NCBI GenBank assembly: GCA_013239625.1
Contig: MU053881.1
Coordinates: forward strand, 2,356,001 to 2,420,000
Reading direction: 5' to 3'
Length of the DNA stretch: 64,000 nucleotides
Source of the DNA: Lama guanicoe
Taxonomy: Eukaryota
Shown here: in pieces, positions 1 through 11,882 of the stretch
How positions within the stretch are numbered: position 1 is the stretch's first letter
Layout: each line of letters opens with the position of its first letter
Made by a program: the position numbers and the translations under genes
The notes under the pieces: model-generated
Databases searched by the model: none
What the model was told of the DNA's origin: nothing
What the model saw: the letters and a program-made list of their open reading frames with translations, nothing else

Positions 1-254
1 TGATAAAATCTCTCATGAAGTCCTTGTATATAAGATGGAGAAAAAATGTGGGCTGGCTGATAGAATAGGAGGTGGATTTTGAAGGTGATTATACTTCTGT
101 GTCCAGGGTTTTTTTCTCCTGCAGTACTTAATTTTTACTTATAAAATCTCTGGGTTGGAAGAAACCTTAGAAATAGATCATCTTCTCTAACCTGCTGTGA
201 CTAAGACCTCGCTATAACCTAGTCTCTTCTTCTCCCTTTGAATTTTTTTTCCGT

Positions 255-692
255 ACCTGTGACTCATTTATTTTGTAATTAGAAGTTTGTACTTCTTAAT
301 CTCCCTCACCTATTTCTCTCCTCCCTCCACCCTCCTCTCTCCCACAACCACCTGTATCTGTGCCTCTGTTTCGATTTTGTTACATTTGTTCATTTGTTTT
401 CTAGATTCCACATATAAGTGAAATCATATAGTATTTGTCTTTCTGACTTATTTCACATAGCATAATACCCTCTAGGTCTATTCCATGTTGTCACAGATGA
501 CAAGGTTTCTTTCTTTTTTTTTTTAATAGCTGAGTAATATTCTGTGTGTCTGTGTACCTCACATCTTTATCCGTTCATCTATTCATAGGCACTTAGGTTA
601 CTTCCATATCTTAGCTATTGTAAACAATCCTGTAGTGAACATAGGGGTACGTATTTTAGAATTAGTGTTTTCATTTTCTTTGGGTAAATACT
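255..692 (-). mobile_element. LINE-1 3' end fragment (L1MA-like)
   Basis: Typical antisense L1 3' text: tagattccacatataagtgaaatcata...gacttatttcac...ttccatatcttagctattgtaaacaat. Confidence 0.8.
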
Positions 693-1039
693 TAGCCCTT
701 TTAATTTTTAATTCAACAGTACAGAAACTATATAGTGAAAAATATGCCTCCCTCCTATTTCAGTCCTCAGGTGTTCCTTTCATCCTTCTCAGAGACAGAA
801 ATACTGTTCATAGTTGCTTCTGTGTGTGATCATGTTTTATTACATATAACTCTTTACACCTTGTATTATAGTTAATTGAGTTTATGTGCTGTCTTTCTTA
901 GTAAGTTGTAAACTCCTGAAGAGCAAAGGCCATGCCTTGTAATTTCCTATATCTCCCCGAATTACTTGCACATTGAAGATTCTCAATAAATATTTACTTA
1001 AGTATTTAAAGGAAATTTAAGACAGGTTTCCCTGGTAAC

Positions 1040-1560
1040 AGGCCAGAGTTTTCTATGTCCTTGGCCATATCATTTACAGCTATTTTCCCCCAGTGACTTG
1101 GATGAAGATGTAGAAAGCATGCTTGTCATATATGCAGACGACACAAAGCTGGGAGAGCTGACAACATCAGATGACAGAATCAAGTCTGTAGGTGATTTCA
1201 ACAGACAGGAATAAATACAAAGTTCTGTTAAAGAGGGAACAGCTTAGATACCCTAGTATAGAATTAGGAGACCTTTCTTGATAACAGTTTTAAAGATGAT
1301 TTGGGAGGGTAGGGTATAGGTCTTAATTGTCTTTAAGCTCAGTTTAAACCAGTAATGTACCAGGATTGGCAATAAAATAAACACAGCCTTGGCTGAGTTA
1401 GTAGAATATGACTCCAGATGGGGTAGCTTGTGGTTCTTGTGTTCTTTTTACTGGTCAGGCTGTTGGAATATTGGGTCCGTTTTGGGGGGTCACACATATA
1501 AGGAGAGACTGACAAATTGGGGTATATGTAGAAGAGGTTAACTACAAAGGTAAAACATGG
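1040..1560 (+). mobile_element. L3/CR1 LINE remnant (reverse transcriptase region)
   Basis: Translates SDLDEDVESMLVIYADDTKLG...DDRIK, similar to the CR1 RT motif NDLD..I...L.KFADDTKLG; further CR1-like 3' sequence at about 1920-2045. Confidence 0.75.
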
Positions 1561-2048
1561 GTAAAGGAATCAAACGGATTTACAGTCTACCCTAGGTTCT
1601 TCTTACCAATTGTGATAGCTTGGCAAAGTCAGTTGCTTTGAGTTTGTTTTCATACTTTTAATATAGGGCAGAATGATAACACCAGTCTCTAGAGGGTCAT
1701 TAAAAGGATTAGACCTAGGCCTTCAAAAAGTTCTGCAATCCAAATCTTATTAGTACCTATTTTGAAGGTGGTTACATTTTAATGGGTCAGGCAGTTAAGT
1801 AAAACCAAAATTATAATTCAGGTTGTTAAGTATTCATAGAGTTTACTTGTGGAAAAAGGGGTAAACTTATATTCATACAGCCCCCAGTAAATGTAGATTG
1901 AGCCAGATTGTTGTGTAATAGTAGAATAGATTTCCCTGAGAGGAAGTGAATTCTCCTCAGTGAATGGATATAGTCAAGTTGAGATTGTAAAATCCCTTGC
2001 CAGGAATGCTTATAGAAGGGATTTTTATGAATAGGAGGTTGGAGTAGA

Positions 2049-2268
2049 AGGGTAGGTAAACTCTGGCCAGCCAGGGCCAAATATAACCAGACACCTGTTT
2101 TTGTAAATAAAGTTTTACTGTAACATACCACACTCAGTTATTTATATGTTATCTGTGGCTGCCTTCCTGCTACAATGCACAGTTGAGAAGTTGTAACAGA
2201 CCATATGGCCTGCCACACCTAAAATATTTACTTCCTGGTCTTTTACAGAAAAATTTTGCTGATCCCTG
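2049..2268 (+). mobile_element. MER58A-like hAT-Charlie DNA transposon
   Basis: cctgtttttgtaaataaagttttact...aaaatatttact...ttttacagaaaaattttgctgatccctg. Confidence 0.8.
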
Positions 2269-3073
2269 ACCTAGATAAATGTTTCATAACCTAAATTATT
2301 TTGTGAACTGATAACCTTCCTAAATTCTCTGTCATGGAGATTTCAAGTGTCAGGAGAGAAGGCGGCAAGATTTGACGTGAGATGGTCACAGTTTTCCTTG
2401 TTAATGGCAAGGAATGAAGACTGGAAAACAGTTGGTTAATTAATCTTCCAGGATTCTTTAAGAGAGTATGATTTTATTAACAGACACCTTTTGGTGTGAG
2501 ACAAAGTATTTGTATGCCACTTAGGCTAAAGCTGTCCATACCTACTGGAATAAAGAGATGGTCCTGCTGTGTGGTGGAAAAGACTGGTTGTGTTAACTGT
2601 TTTGAGCTCTGGCTTCCTCACTTGTAGGTGGAATGCTTCCAGTGTTTTGTGAAATTGGAGCTGATGTGGGCACTCAGATGGAGCTATCATTGCTATATCC
2701 CATAAAGCACCTGTTGGAGTGTTTTCATTGAGAAAGTATAAATCCTTCCCCTGAGTGCTGCAATTTGGAGTAGTACACAAAAACTTTTCTTGGGGTGGAC
2801 TAATCTTTAGATCTCATGGAAAAGAGGGGAAAAAATAGATCTCATTACCAAATATGGGAATATCTTGTGGCTGGCAGTTTCAGTCCATGTTATACAAGTA
2901 ATATTCTCTAAACTAGAAAGGCAGAGGTTTCTGGACAGTGCACTTCTCCCAGTGGAATAGGATTTTAAACTTTTCTTCTTCCTATACATTCTGTCTTTTA
3001 TATTCAGAGTTTACTGCCCACTAACAGTTTTTCTTTTTTTGTTTTGTTTCTTCTCTTCTTTTTTTGTTGAAAG

Positions 3074-3152
3074 TGTTGACTCGGAGACAAAAAGAGGCCA
3101 AGAGCAAGAGCGGCAGTGGGACAGCTGCCCAGACTTCCCTAGACATTGACAA
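3074..3152 (+). CDS. UIMC1: UIMC1 exon (5th from last)
   Basis: polypyrimidine tract, aag|TG TTG ACT CGG AGA...GAC AA|gtaagt; LTRRQKEAKSKSGSGTAAQTSLDID. Confidence 0.92.
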
Positions 3153-6100
3153 GTAAGTAGGTATGCTGTGTTTATGGCGCTCTTGCTTAACATGCCATTG
3201 CTTAGACTGAATAAGAGACCAGTTCCTCGCTTATCCTGGCTTTCTTTGGCCTGGCAATCACTTTGTTGCTTTAATGCCCGAATTTCTTTTTTGTGTTCCA
3301 GTGTAGATGGTCTCTGTATCCCTTTTTTGTTACCCTGAAAAGATCCTGCCACCTATTCCACTTCCACATTGCTCTTAGCTTTCTGTTTTCTTTGAATTTG
3401 CATATTGGTGTTTGGTGCTTTGGGGAAGCAATGAACTATTTTGCAATGTAATGGTTGAGTTGCAAAAAGTTAGGCAATATTGACGACTTCCTTGGGTTGT
3501 GGGTTGCAGCTTGACAAAGGAAGTGCATTCTAAGGTGGGGACCGTTGGGAAGGTCAAGTATAAGTGCTGCTTCCTGAAAGTAAAGACATCACTGCAGTAC
3601 ATTAGAGCAGTTAGTCACTGCTCTAATCAGACAGAAATGTTTGTCTTTGAAACATAGGTCTTATCTTTGACCCTAAATTTTAGTGCTGCCTTCCCTAATC
3701 CAGTTGAGCAGAGGCTGATCCACTTAATTCCTTTTGAAATTCTCCTGACATGCACTCATTCTTCTAGGACTGTATTCATCACACTATTGCAGTAATATTT
3801 TTTCTTTCATTTTTTGACATTTCTGTCTCCCTGGCTAGGCTGTGAGTTATTTGAAGGCAGATACTTACCTTCATTTTATACCCTCAGTATCTGATAAAAT
3901 GTGTGTGAGACAGCAATACCGGTATTGGCTATTTGTTGAGCACCTAATATTATGTTCCAGCCACCGTGCTGGGTGCTTTATTTACTTTGTAACTGTCACA
4001 ATAGTTGGTAAGGTAATTACTCTTTCTTTTTTAAAAATAGATATAGAAACTGAAGAGAAATTCTAAGTAACTGGTTAAGATCATGTGGCCAGAACTGGCA
4101 AAGCCTACCTGACTTTGAAACTCATGCTTCTTTTACAGCGCTTCTGTCTCTCAGGTAGTAGGGGGTTAATAAATGCTTTTTACATTAATTGATAAACCTT
4201 GAAAGTTACACTAATCTAGCTTTTCTCATAAAGCAGAGTTTTACTTGTATTCTCTCCAGTGATTATTTACTTGAGAGACGGACTTCTCCTATTTTAAAAA
4301 CCTCCTAAGAAACTTCTCGTTAGAGACGATGTAAATCTTCCTTGCTGTAGTAGCTGAATAGCAATGGCCAGAAGAAGTCTACGATAGCAAGCTTTGGAAA
4401 GTTTTCTTTAACTTCTTAAAACTAAGATGATCTTATGAGTCAGGCAGACCTGTCTTCTGATAATTATTAGCTATAAAACGTTGGGGAGAATAATACCTTC
4501 CTAATAGGCCAAAATTAATTGAGAAATTGTGTTTAAAGGGCCTTACACCAGTTCTCACCACAGAGAAAATACCTAGTAAATGTTCATTTTCTTCCTTTGT
4601 CTCCAATGATTCCATTTTTACTGATGTCCAGTAAACCTTACCTCAAGGACACAATTCCCTCTCTTTGCACAAACTCTACTGTTATAAAAATATAAAAATA
4701 ACTATGTATATTAAGTTATGCAGAAGCCTCTGGAAGAACCACATGGTTTTGGTAACTTCTAGTTGATGTTGAAGATTGTAGAATTAAGGAAGTCAGCATA
4801 TAGACAGACTTGATTTTACTAATCAGACAAGTTCATTCACCCTGGTGAAAATGTCATTTTGATTTGATGGTCCTGGTGTTCCCTTTTCTGTCTGAGTTTT
4901 TAACTTCCCTTTGAAAAAACGATTACACTTAATTTGAAGAGAGTTTGACAGAACATTTTATGTCTGAAGAGCAATCAGCATTGTTTGAAATAGTTAGAAG
5001 AGCTGATTTCATTATTACCCCACTGCTGCAACAGCAGGGTACAGAGAAACAGCCAGGGGAAACCACTAATCACTCAGTCCTTTTGATTGGCATTGGGGTA
5101 GTTTTACTGGTGTTCCTGCTGAGCGAATCTGCTTTCGTTGACGTGTCTTCTCCACAGAATAACTTTGAAGACATAAAAACACAATTTGAGACGTATCTAG
5201 GAGCCCAGAGGCAAAAGCAAATCTTAAAACTGCTTTTTCTCCCTTTCTTCTGATTGGCTAGGAATGAGAAGTGTTATCTCTGTAAATCCCTAGTCCCGTT
5301 CAGAGAGTACCAGTGTCATGTAGAGTCCTGTCTCCAGCTTGCAAGACGTGATCAAGAAGATGAACCTGAAGAGAGTAGGAGAGTATGCTCAGCTGTGCGA
5401 GGGAAGCGTCCACAGTGGCTGCGGAACCCAAAGGTAAGTGTGGAGTGTTTCAGGAAAGGCTACCTAACTCTGCACAATTCTGTTCTGGGCTTTTTTTCTC
5501 TCTATCCTCCCTCCTTCCTTTTTTCTTCTATTTTTATTTAAAAAAAAATTTGGGGGGAGGTAATATTTATTTATTTTATTTATTATCATTATTATTTTTT
5601 AATTTAATGGAGGTACTGGCGATCTAACCTAGGACCTGGTGCATGCTAAGCATGCGCTTTGCCACTGAGCTATATACCCTCCCCTCCTTCCTTTTCTTCT
5701 GTTTATCTTGAAATAAATATCTTGCACTTTGTAAAGTTATTTTTCTTTTAATTAAAAAGTAATATATGCTCATTGTAGAAAATACGAGAAGTTCAAAAAA
5801 AATATGAAGAATTGGGGGAAATTATCACCCATAATTTAGCTACTCAAGATAACATCTTTTAGTATTTTGGCCTATTTTTCTCCAATCTTTTTTTCTATGC
5901 ATTGTTAATGTAGTTGACACCGTACTATATATATGTACATATATGTGTGTGTGTATATACACATATGTGTGTATATTGTATACATTTAACATTGTAACAT
6001 AAGTACCTTCTTGAATTTATTTTTAAATTGTTTTTTAAAATACTCTTAATGTTTCTGTCACACAGAGGCAATGAACCATTCTTATATTATTGGACATTCA

Positions 6101-8794
6101 AATTCTTTCCACTTCTGCTGTATTATAAGGCTGTGTTTAAAACATTAATCAGTCTTTGTACCACTCATTATTTCTTTAGAATAGATTTCCTGAAGTGGAA
6201 CTCTTAGGGAAATGGATTTAAATATTTTAAAAATCTCTTGTACCATGCTGCCAAATTACTTTCCAGAAAAGATATCCAGTCATACCCCATTGTTAGGAAC
6301 ATACTCACTATCAACTCTGTTGAACACCTTGTGTGCTCAGCCTTAGGAAGCTGCAGGGTCTGGCCCCGGTCACTGGGAAGATGGATGTGCTTTCTGGGCT
6401 TTGTGATTAGAGATCAAGCAGAGCAAGTCTTGGCTTAGAAATCAGAGATCAAGCAGCAACCCCATGTTCTGGGCTTCCTGACACAGCAGTCACTGCACAT
6501 GAGATGGAGAAGCCATTATCTGTCATGACAGAAGAAGAGGGACCCCTGTGGGAATGGGGTGATTTTGAGATGATAATTTGGAATTGGAGCTTACAGGTTT
6601 GTGCTTATACCATAGAGCCAGTTTATCCTCTGGCATCACTGCCTCTAGAAGCTACCTTGAAATTTGTTTTCCATTTTAAGTCTCTCACAGGTCAAAGGCT
6701 ACTGTTCTCTAATACGATCTTGGTGGAATAATTTGTCTTGACTCTGATATCCATTCTTGGATATATTCTTGGCATAAAGATGTACTCTATTTATCACAGT
6801 TTGCTTTTTTACTATTTACCCTTGTTTATTAGAAAGCAGAAGACTTTCCTACAGCTGTGCCCCCACACCTCTTCTCTCCTGGAGACAGGTGTGATCTGGG
6901 CTAAGGAAGCTGTATTTTAGACTCTTTGGTGTAACTCTTTCATCTGTTTTTCTGTCACAGGAAAAAGGTCACAGTGAAGGCCGACTCCTCAGTCTCTTGG
7001 AACAGTCTGAGTACAAGGCTGCAGGTGAGGATCCCAGCACCAGTTTTCTGGGCATCTGCCTAAGGCCTTCCAGTAAGAATAACCACTACCAACTCCCCTA
7101 ACTCCTTGCTGGAGTTATTTGGGTGCGCATTTGACCCAGTCAGCCAGCCTTTGAGACTTGGTCTAGGTCATCTCTCCCTAAGGAAGATGGGAAAATACCC
7201 TGTTCATCATGTGTTTTGTTTCGGGCTTTATAAACGTTGAAATTTGGACTGGCTGTTGAACTAGGGAGAAAACATTTCCAAATCACAGGGGAATGGCACA
7301 AGCCCCAAGTTATCTTCTAAAGGAATAGGCATTGAAAACCAGGCAGTACTACTGTCTCCGTATGTTTTGTGCTTCATTCATGTTACCTTTAGCTTAGTGT
7401 TTCAGCCTATGCTCCTGAGGGAGTGTAGGAAGTAGCTCTTGTCTCTGTGTTTAATTTTTAAGGAGTAGAGTGGACTGTTCAAGAACATTGCATAGAGTTA
7501 GTAACACCAGCCTCCTAAGTAGGCTCTCAGTAAATGTTAGCTGCTACTGTTACTGTTGTTGTTGTTAACAGTTGCTGTTGTTAAAATTTACTAGGTGTAC
7601 AAGGGAAAGGGACTTCTGCTTATCATCTAGTTCTAGTAGTTCATTCCCATCAAGCAAATCTGTTGTGCCTTCTGATGGCTAAAAGGCAGCATCTCTGAGC
7701 TGCATAGCTTGCTGCCTCTAGATCAGCAGGCTGTGAATCTCTGCAGGTAGCAGATTTCTCATGGCAACTCCTTGTTCCTCAAGTCCAGATTGGGAGTAGG
7801 TTTATTCAGTGGTTATTCATTCACAAGTGTTCACCTCGGTACTTCAGCAGCTGAGCCTGTTGGAGGCTAATGCTCCCATTCCGTTGGTCTGGGGACTGGG
7901 GATGTGAGCTACCTGGGTCAGCCTGAGGAAGAGCAGTGCCTAAAAGTGTATTACCGGTGAGAAGTGTTATGATTACAGCACTACTAACAGCATTATTACT
8001 TTTTCTCTCATCACAGATGCAGAGATAAAGACCAAGTTTTCAGAAACAGGAGCCTTTGGGTAAATTGGAGTGTGCCCTTAAGTGTGACTGTCAGCCGTTC
8101 TAGAAAAGCAGAGGCCCAGTCCTCTGTTCTGTGTACAGTTTGGTATTTAAACTATTAAAGTAGAAAACTGTGCAACCGTGTGACCTCTCTCTATATAACT
8201 CTGTGACCCCCGTAAACCTGGGCGAAGAATTGGACAGCTCCCTCACTTCACTCGTGGTGTTGAAACAAGCAGAGGAAAAGCTGTCTTACTCCTCCCTGCC
8301 TTTCTGTCCCTACCCCGCCCTGGTCTTCTGACTGAGAATTCAAACAGCTTGGAAATTTGAGTCTGAACCCTCATTTTCTCACTGCCTGTGTGGCTTTGGG
8401 TATATGGTTTCCCCAGTGTCCTCATCTGTGAAAGGGGAATGATAGTACTTACCTGGCTGGATCATTTGAAAGATTACGTGAACTGATAGTATATGTAAAA
8501 GCCCCTGGTACAACGCGTGACACATACTCAGTGCTTATTAGCAGGTGTGTATTGCGTTCTGATTTTTTTCTCCTTCTCTCTAGGGTGCCTTCACCAGGGG
8601 TAGAAGAGGCAGGCTGCAGCAAAGAAATGCAGAGTTCCCTTGCACATCTTGACTTAAATGAGTCTCCCATCAAGTCTTTTGTTTCTATTTCAGAAGCCAC
8701 AGATTGCTTAGTGGACTTCAAGAAGCAACTTACTGTCCGGCCAGGTAGTCGGACACGGACCAAAGCCGGTAGAGGAAGAAGGAGGAAATCCTAA
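3074..8794 (+). CDS. UIMC1: BRCA1-A complex subunit RAP80, 3' part (last 5 coding exons: 3074-3152, 5262-5433, 6961-7024, 8017-8059, 8584-8794); 5' part outside window
   Basis: Spliced translation (V)LTRRQKEAKSKSGSGTAAQTSLDIDKNEKCYLCKSLVPFREYQCHVESC...KNPK-like...EKGHSEGRLLSLLEQSE...VPSPGVEEAGCSKEMQSS...DCLVDFKKQLTVRPGSRTRTKAGRGRRRKS* matches the RAP80 C-terminus; all introns GT-AG with matching phases; HK3 is its known neighbour. Confidence 0.96.
5262..5433 (+). CDS. UIMC1: UIMC1 exon with second zinc finger (CxxC...HxxxC)
   Basis: ctag|G AAT GAG AAG TGT TAT CTC TGT...CCA AAG|gtaagt; CYLCKSLVPFREYQCHVESC. Confidence 0.94.
5523..5683 (-). mobile_element. Camelid-type tRNA-derived SINE (vic-1-like)
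   Basis: tttaatggaggtactgg...atgctaagcatgcgc...ccactgagctata; flanked by an approximate TSD ctccttcctttt. Confidence 0.8.
5740..6285 (-). mobile_element. Old L1 (L1ME-like) fragments with a (TA)n/(TG)n microsatellite at about 5925-5975
   Basis: aaaagtaatatatgctcattgtagaaa...tattattggacatt...agatttcctgaagtggaa...tgccaaattactttccagaaa. Confidence 0.55.
6961..7024 (+). CDS. UIMC1: UIMC1 exon (3rd from last)
   Basis: tcacag|GAA AAA GGT CAC...GCA G|gtgagg; EKGHSEGRLLSLLEQSEYKAA. Confidence 0.92.
8017..8059 (+). CDS. UIMC1: UIMC1 penultimate exon
   Basis: tcacag|AT GCA GAG ATA AAG...TTT GG|gtaaat; DAEIKTKFSETGAF; phases fit both neighbours. Confidence 0.88.
8350..8542 (+). mobile_element. MIR SINE
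   Basis: cagtgtcctcatctgtgaaaggggaatgatagtacttacct...tatgtaaaagcccctggtaca. Confidence 0.75.
8584..8794 (+). CDS. UIMC1: UIMC1 last coding exon
   Basis: ctctctag|G GTG CCT TCA...AAA TCC TAA; ends RTKAGRGRRRKS*. Confidence 0.94.
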
Positions 8795-9020
8795 ATTTCT
8801 AGGGTCTGAAGGTTGACAAAACCATTAGCAATAGGGGTGGGCCAAGTTCATTAAGCCTTAGTGGCCTCCAGTTCATTGTCGAGCAAGTTTTGACCCTGCA
8901 GTTTTTACCACCAGCACAGACTCAGCATTCTGGTTTTTATGTTTTCTATGAGCTATACAGACAACTGTGTATAGTATTCTGTTTTATTATAACAGTCTGT
9001 TCGAATTAACTTATAGTTAA

Positions 9021-9110
9021 AAGAAAATTTAAATATATTTATCTATGTTTGTATGAAATCTTATTTCAGTAAGATGGAGATGCTGCTTTTTTTCTCTGTG
9101 TTGTGGGGCT
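9021..9110 (+). terminator. Possible UIMC1 polyadenylation region (variant hexamers)
   Basis: No AATAAA seen near the stop; AAGAAA at 9021-9026 and AATATA at 9032-9037 are followed by a U/GU-rich tract at about 9084-9108. Confidence 0.35.
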
Positions 9111-10149
9111 TGAGGGAGGGATATTTTAATTTTGGAGCTAGTTCTCAGACTCAGACTCTCAGACTCATAAATTACATGTTTCGGAATGAATTCCATTACT
9201 GGTCTTTGACACACTACCTATATTCACTGGAAGTATAGTGCACAATTCTGAACATTGTGTGGTTACTCCCTTGACCTTTTCTGACATCATTCTGGAAGAT
9301 GACAGGGCACTGAGTTCTACTTCTGTTCTGTTATCCCTACCACTCAGTGACCTGTCATTTCATCTTGCTGCCTCACCCAGTTAAGAATTCTCGGGCAGAG
9401 CATAGGACCTTTAAGGGATATGTCCTACCATTCTTGTCAGGAATTGGTAAGTGAACACTCAGTTGTTAGTTCCTATAGAATTATTTTTTCTTCCTGGATT
9501 AACCAGTGAGCATGCCTTGCATATTCATCTGCTAGAACCGAGATTGGTTCTCTTGTTGTCAGAGGGCATAGCAGCAACAGGAAATAGCTTCTAGTTCAGT
9601 ACATTAGTAGAAGGGTGCTCATTCTTGACCACATTGCCCAGGAGCTTCCAGTGCAGAACAGAGATGTAGTCTTTCCTCAGCGCACAGGCATACTCCAAAG
9701 ATGAGAGGATATTGAATGGCAGAAGCAACTACCTGAGGGGAGATGACCAAACAAAGATGTTAAGAAAGCTAGCTTTGGCCCAAGCTGATTTGAAGATGTC
9801 GTGGAAGGTGGTATGAGGTGGCTGCCGACCAGGAAAGGATCCTGGGACAAAGTAAACAGAACACCTTTCAGACTCTCCTAACTTCTGGTTTACCAAGTCC
9901 AAAGTTTTCTTTTCCTTTATTGTAAAACAAACGTGAGGTGTGTGTTAGAGTAGGGAGTTCAGAGATAGCTAGATGTAAGGCACAGCATAGGCCTTTAATG
10001 TGCTGTTTCCTGCCTAGGTGTCTTTGCACACAAGCTCTTTGAGTTAGAAGAAGGCAGGATGGCAGGCTCACTCTGCTCCTTCATGTCTTGGTGTTGGATC
10101 ATGCTGACATTGTGGCCAGCATCACATGAATAATTGCTGTTATTTTTTT

Positions 10150-10268
10150 TTTGAGCAATTGTTATGATTCAGGCAATGTGTGTACTTTATTTAATCCTTA
10201 CAGCAACCCTATGAGGTAGGAGTTACTCTCCCTAATTTTCAGATGAGGAAGCAAAGGCTCAGAGTAAC
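10150..10268 (-). mobile_element. MIR SINE
   Basis: atttaatccttacagcaaccctatgaggtagg...ttttcagatgaggaagcaaaggctcagag. Confidence 0.75.
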
Positions 10269-11327
10269 AAATAAAACCACTTTTTGTCCATGGCAGTGAG
10301 ACTACAGTGCCCTGCTTCTTTGGTCCTAAAGAAAATGCTGTATTTTGACTCAAGTATTGATTATTTTCCTGTTTTCCTTCTAATGAAAAGTAGTTTATCA
10401 GTTATGTTCCATCAGCCTAACTCTCACTAGTTTTCTCTCATTAAATGGCAGTTTATTGGAGGTTAAGCTCTGTAAACAGAGGATAGAATGTTTATCTCTC
10501 TGCCTGAAGATAAGAAAAGGGAAAGGGGCTGATTCTAGAAAGTGAATTATTTAACTTAAAATTGAGCAGTCTCCTTAGAACATCAGTCAGTGGCAAATTG
10601 TTGGAGGAGGGTGTGGATCAGCGGGACCAGGACTGATGGGCTTGTTTATTAGCCGATGTGAAGCTGAGGGAGACAGCCGTCTCCCCAGGCCCTCCCCACT
10701 TTGTCTTTGGCAAAGGCTGCTTATTTGCCTTATTCTCTCCATGCCAGTGGTCCTTTGGGAGGGGCCTTAATGAGACAGTAAAGAGACAAAGTCAATGGAA
10801 AGAGTATGCCGTTAACCTGAGTCTGAACCCCTACTTCTGATAGAAGTTAACCTTTCTGAGACCTGGTTTCCTTGTGTATAAAATGTGAAAAGTCTTACAG
10901 GGTTCGAAGGAGTAAGATAATGTGTAAAAGCACAGTGTCTAGCTCATGTGAATGGCAGCAGTTGTTACTCAATGTGATGCTAGTTTGTATGTCATAAATA
11001 GTGTTATAGTGGCAGGTGGAAAAGCCAGAGAGAGGTGAAGTGCAGGTGTGAGAAGAGGCAATTCGACTACCTTAGTTCTACCAGGCCCCAGCCTTCCACA
11101 GCAAGCTGAGGTATTTAGAGCTCTCCTAGGGCCCTTGGGTTTTTGTTTTTTTTTGTTTTTGTTTTGCTTCTTTTGAAAGATGAGAAGCAGCTGTTCCACT
11201 GCTGTTGCCAACACATGAAGAGGTGGGAAGCGCCATGAACTCCATAAGCTATTGTGATAAATTGGGAAGGGGAAGGTGATTTCTGCGTTAGGCACTGTGG
11301 TGGTGTTATTTCATCTCACCCTTGCAA

Positions 11328-11341
11328 CAGCCCTCTAGTGG
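11328..11341 (-). promoter_or_regulatory. CTCF-like motif between UIMC1 and HK3
   Basis: Reverse complement CCACTAGAGGGCTG, one mismatch to CCASYAGRKGGCRS. Confidence 0.5.
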
Positions 11342-11431
11342 AGGCTGTGCCTTGCCCGTTTTCCCTGGACACTTCACTGTTCCATCATACAGGGTATGAA
11401 ATAGAGCCTGTGACCCTCCTTAGCACTTCTC

Positions 11432-11882
11432 TAGGCTTCTGTGTGGCAAAGACTGGGAGTGCCGGGGAATGAGGCCCCTTGGGGCAGCCCTCAGCCAGTG
11501 AAAGGCAGGAGTTGGAGGATAAATTCCCAACTTTCTCACCTCAGGTGGGTGCATTCCGCCTGCCTCCCAGAGTTCCTCTGGGGGAGTGAGCCTCAGTAGC
11601 TCCCTGCAGCAGCTTACTTATGTATGCTCTGCTAGCTTCCTTCCCTTCCTGTCTTGCTTCCAACTCTTGATAGTGTTTCCTGGATCAGGGCTGGGGCCCT
11701 CATTCTTGGGTTTCATGTAAGGGCAGGGTTGGCACTTGTGTGAACTGAAGAGAGATTCTCTACATTTTGTAGCTCAGCTCCTCATGTGTGTCACCCTAAT
11801 CCTAGCCCTGCCTGGATTGCTCCCCAGTTAAACTATTTGCACTCAAATTAGGTCTGCTTCTGGGGGAACCCAGATGAGAACT
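11432..11882 (+). mobile_element. LTR16-like ERVL solo LTR (interrupted)
   Basis: ggcagccctcagccagtga...ggagttggaggataaattcccaactttctc...taaactatttgcactcaaat...gtctgcttctgggggaaccc. Confidence 0.55.
11686..11810 (-). mobile_element. MER96-like non-autonomous hAT element
   Basis: Terminal inverted repeats cagggctggg...cctagccctg, flanked by direct repeat cctggat (11679-11685, 11811-11817). Confidence 0.6.

Noticed and set aside
4945..5253. 102-aa ORF abutting a UIMC1 exon
   Set aside because: Non-ATG start, stops in the polypyrimidine tract before the acceptor, and does not resemble RAP80.
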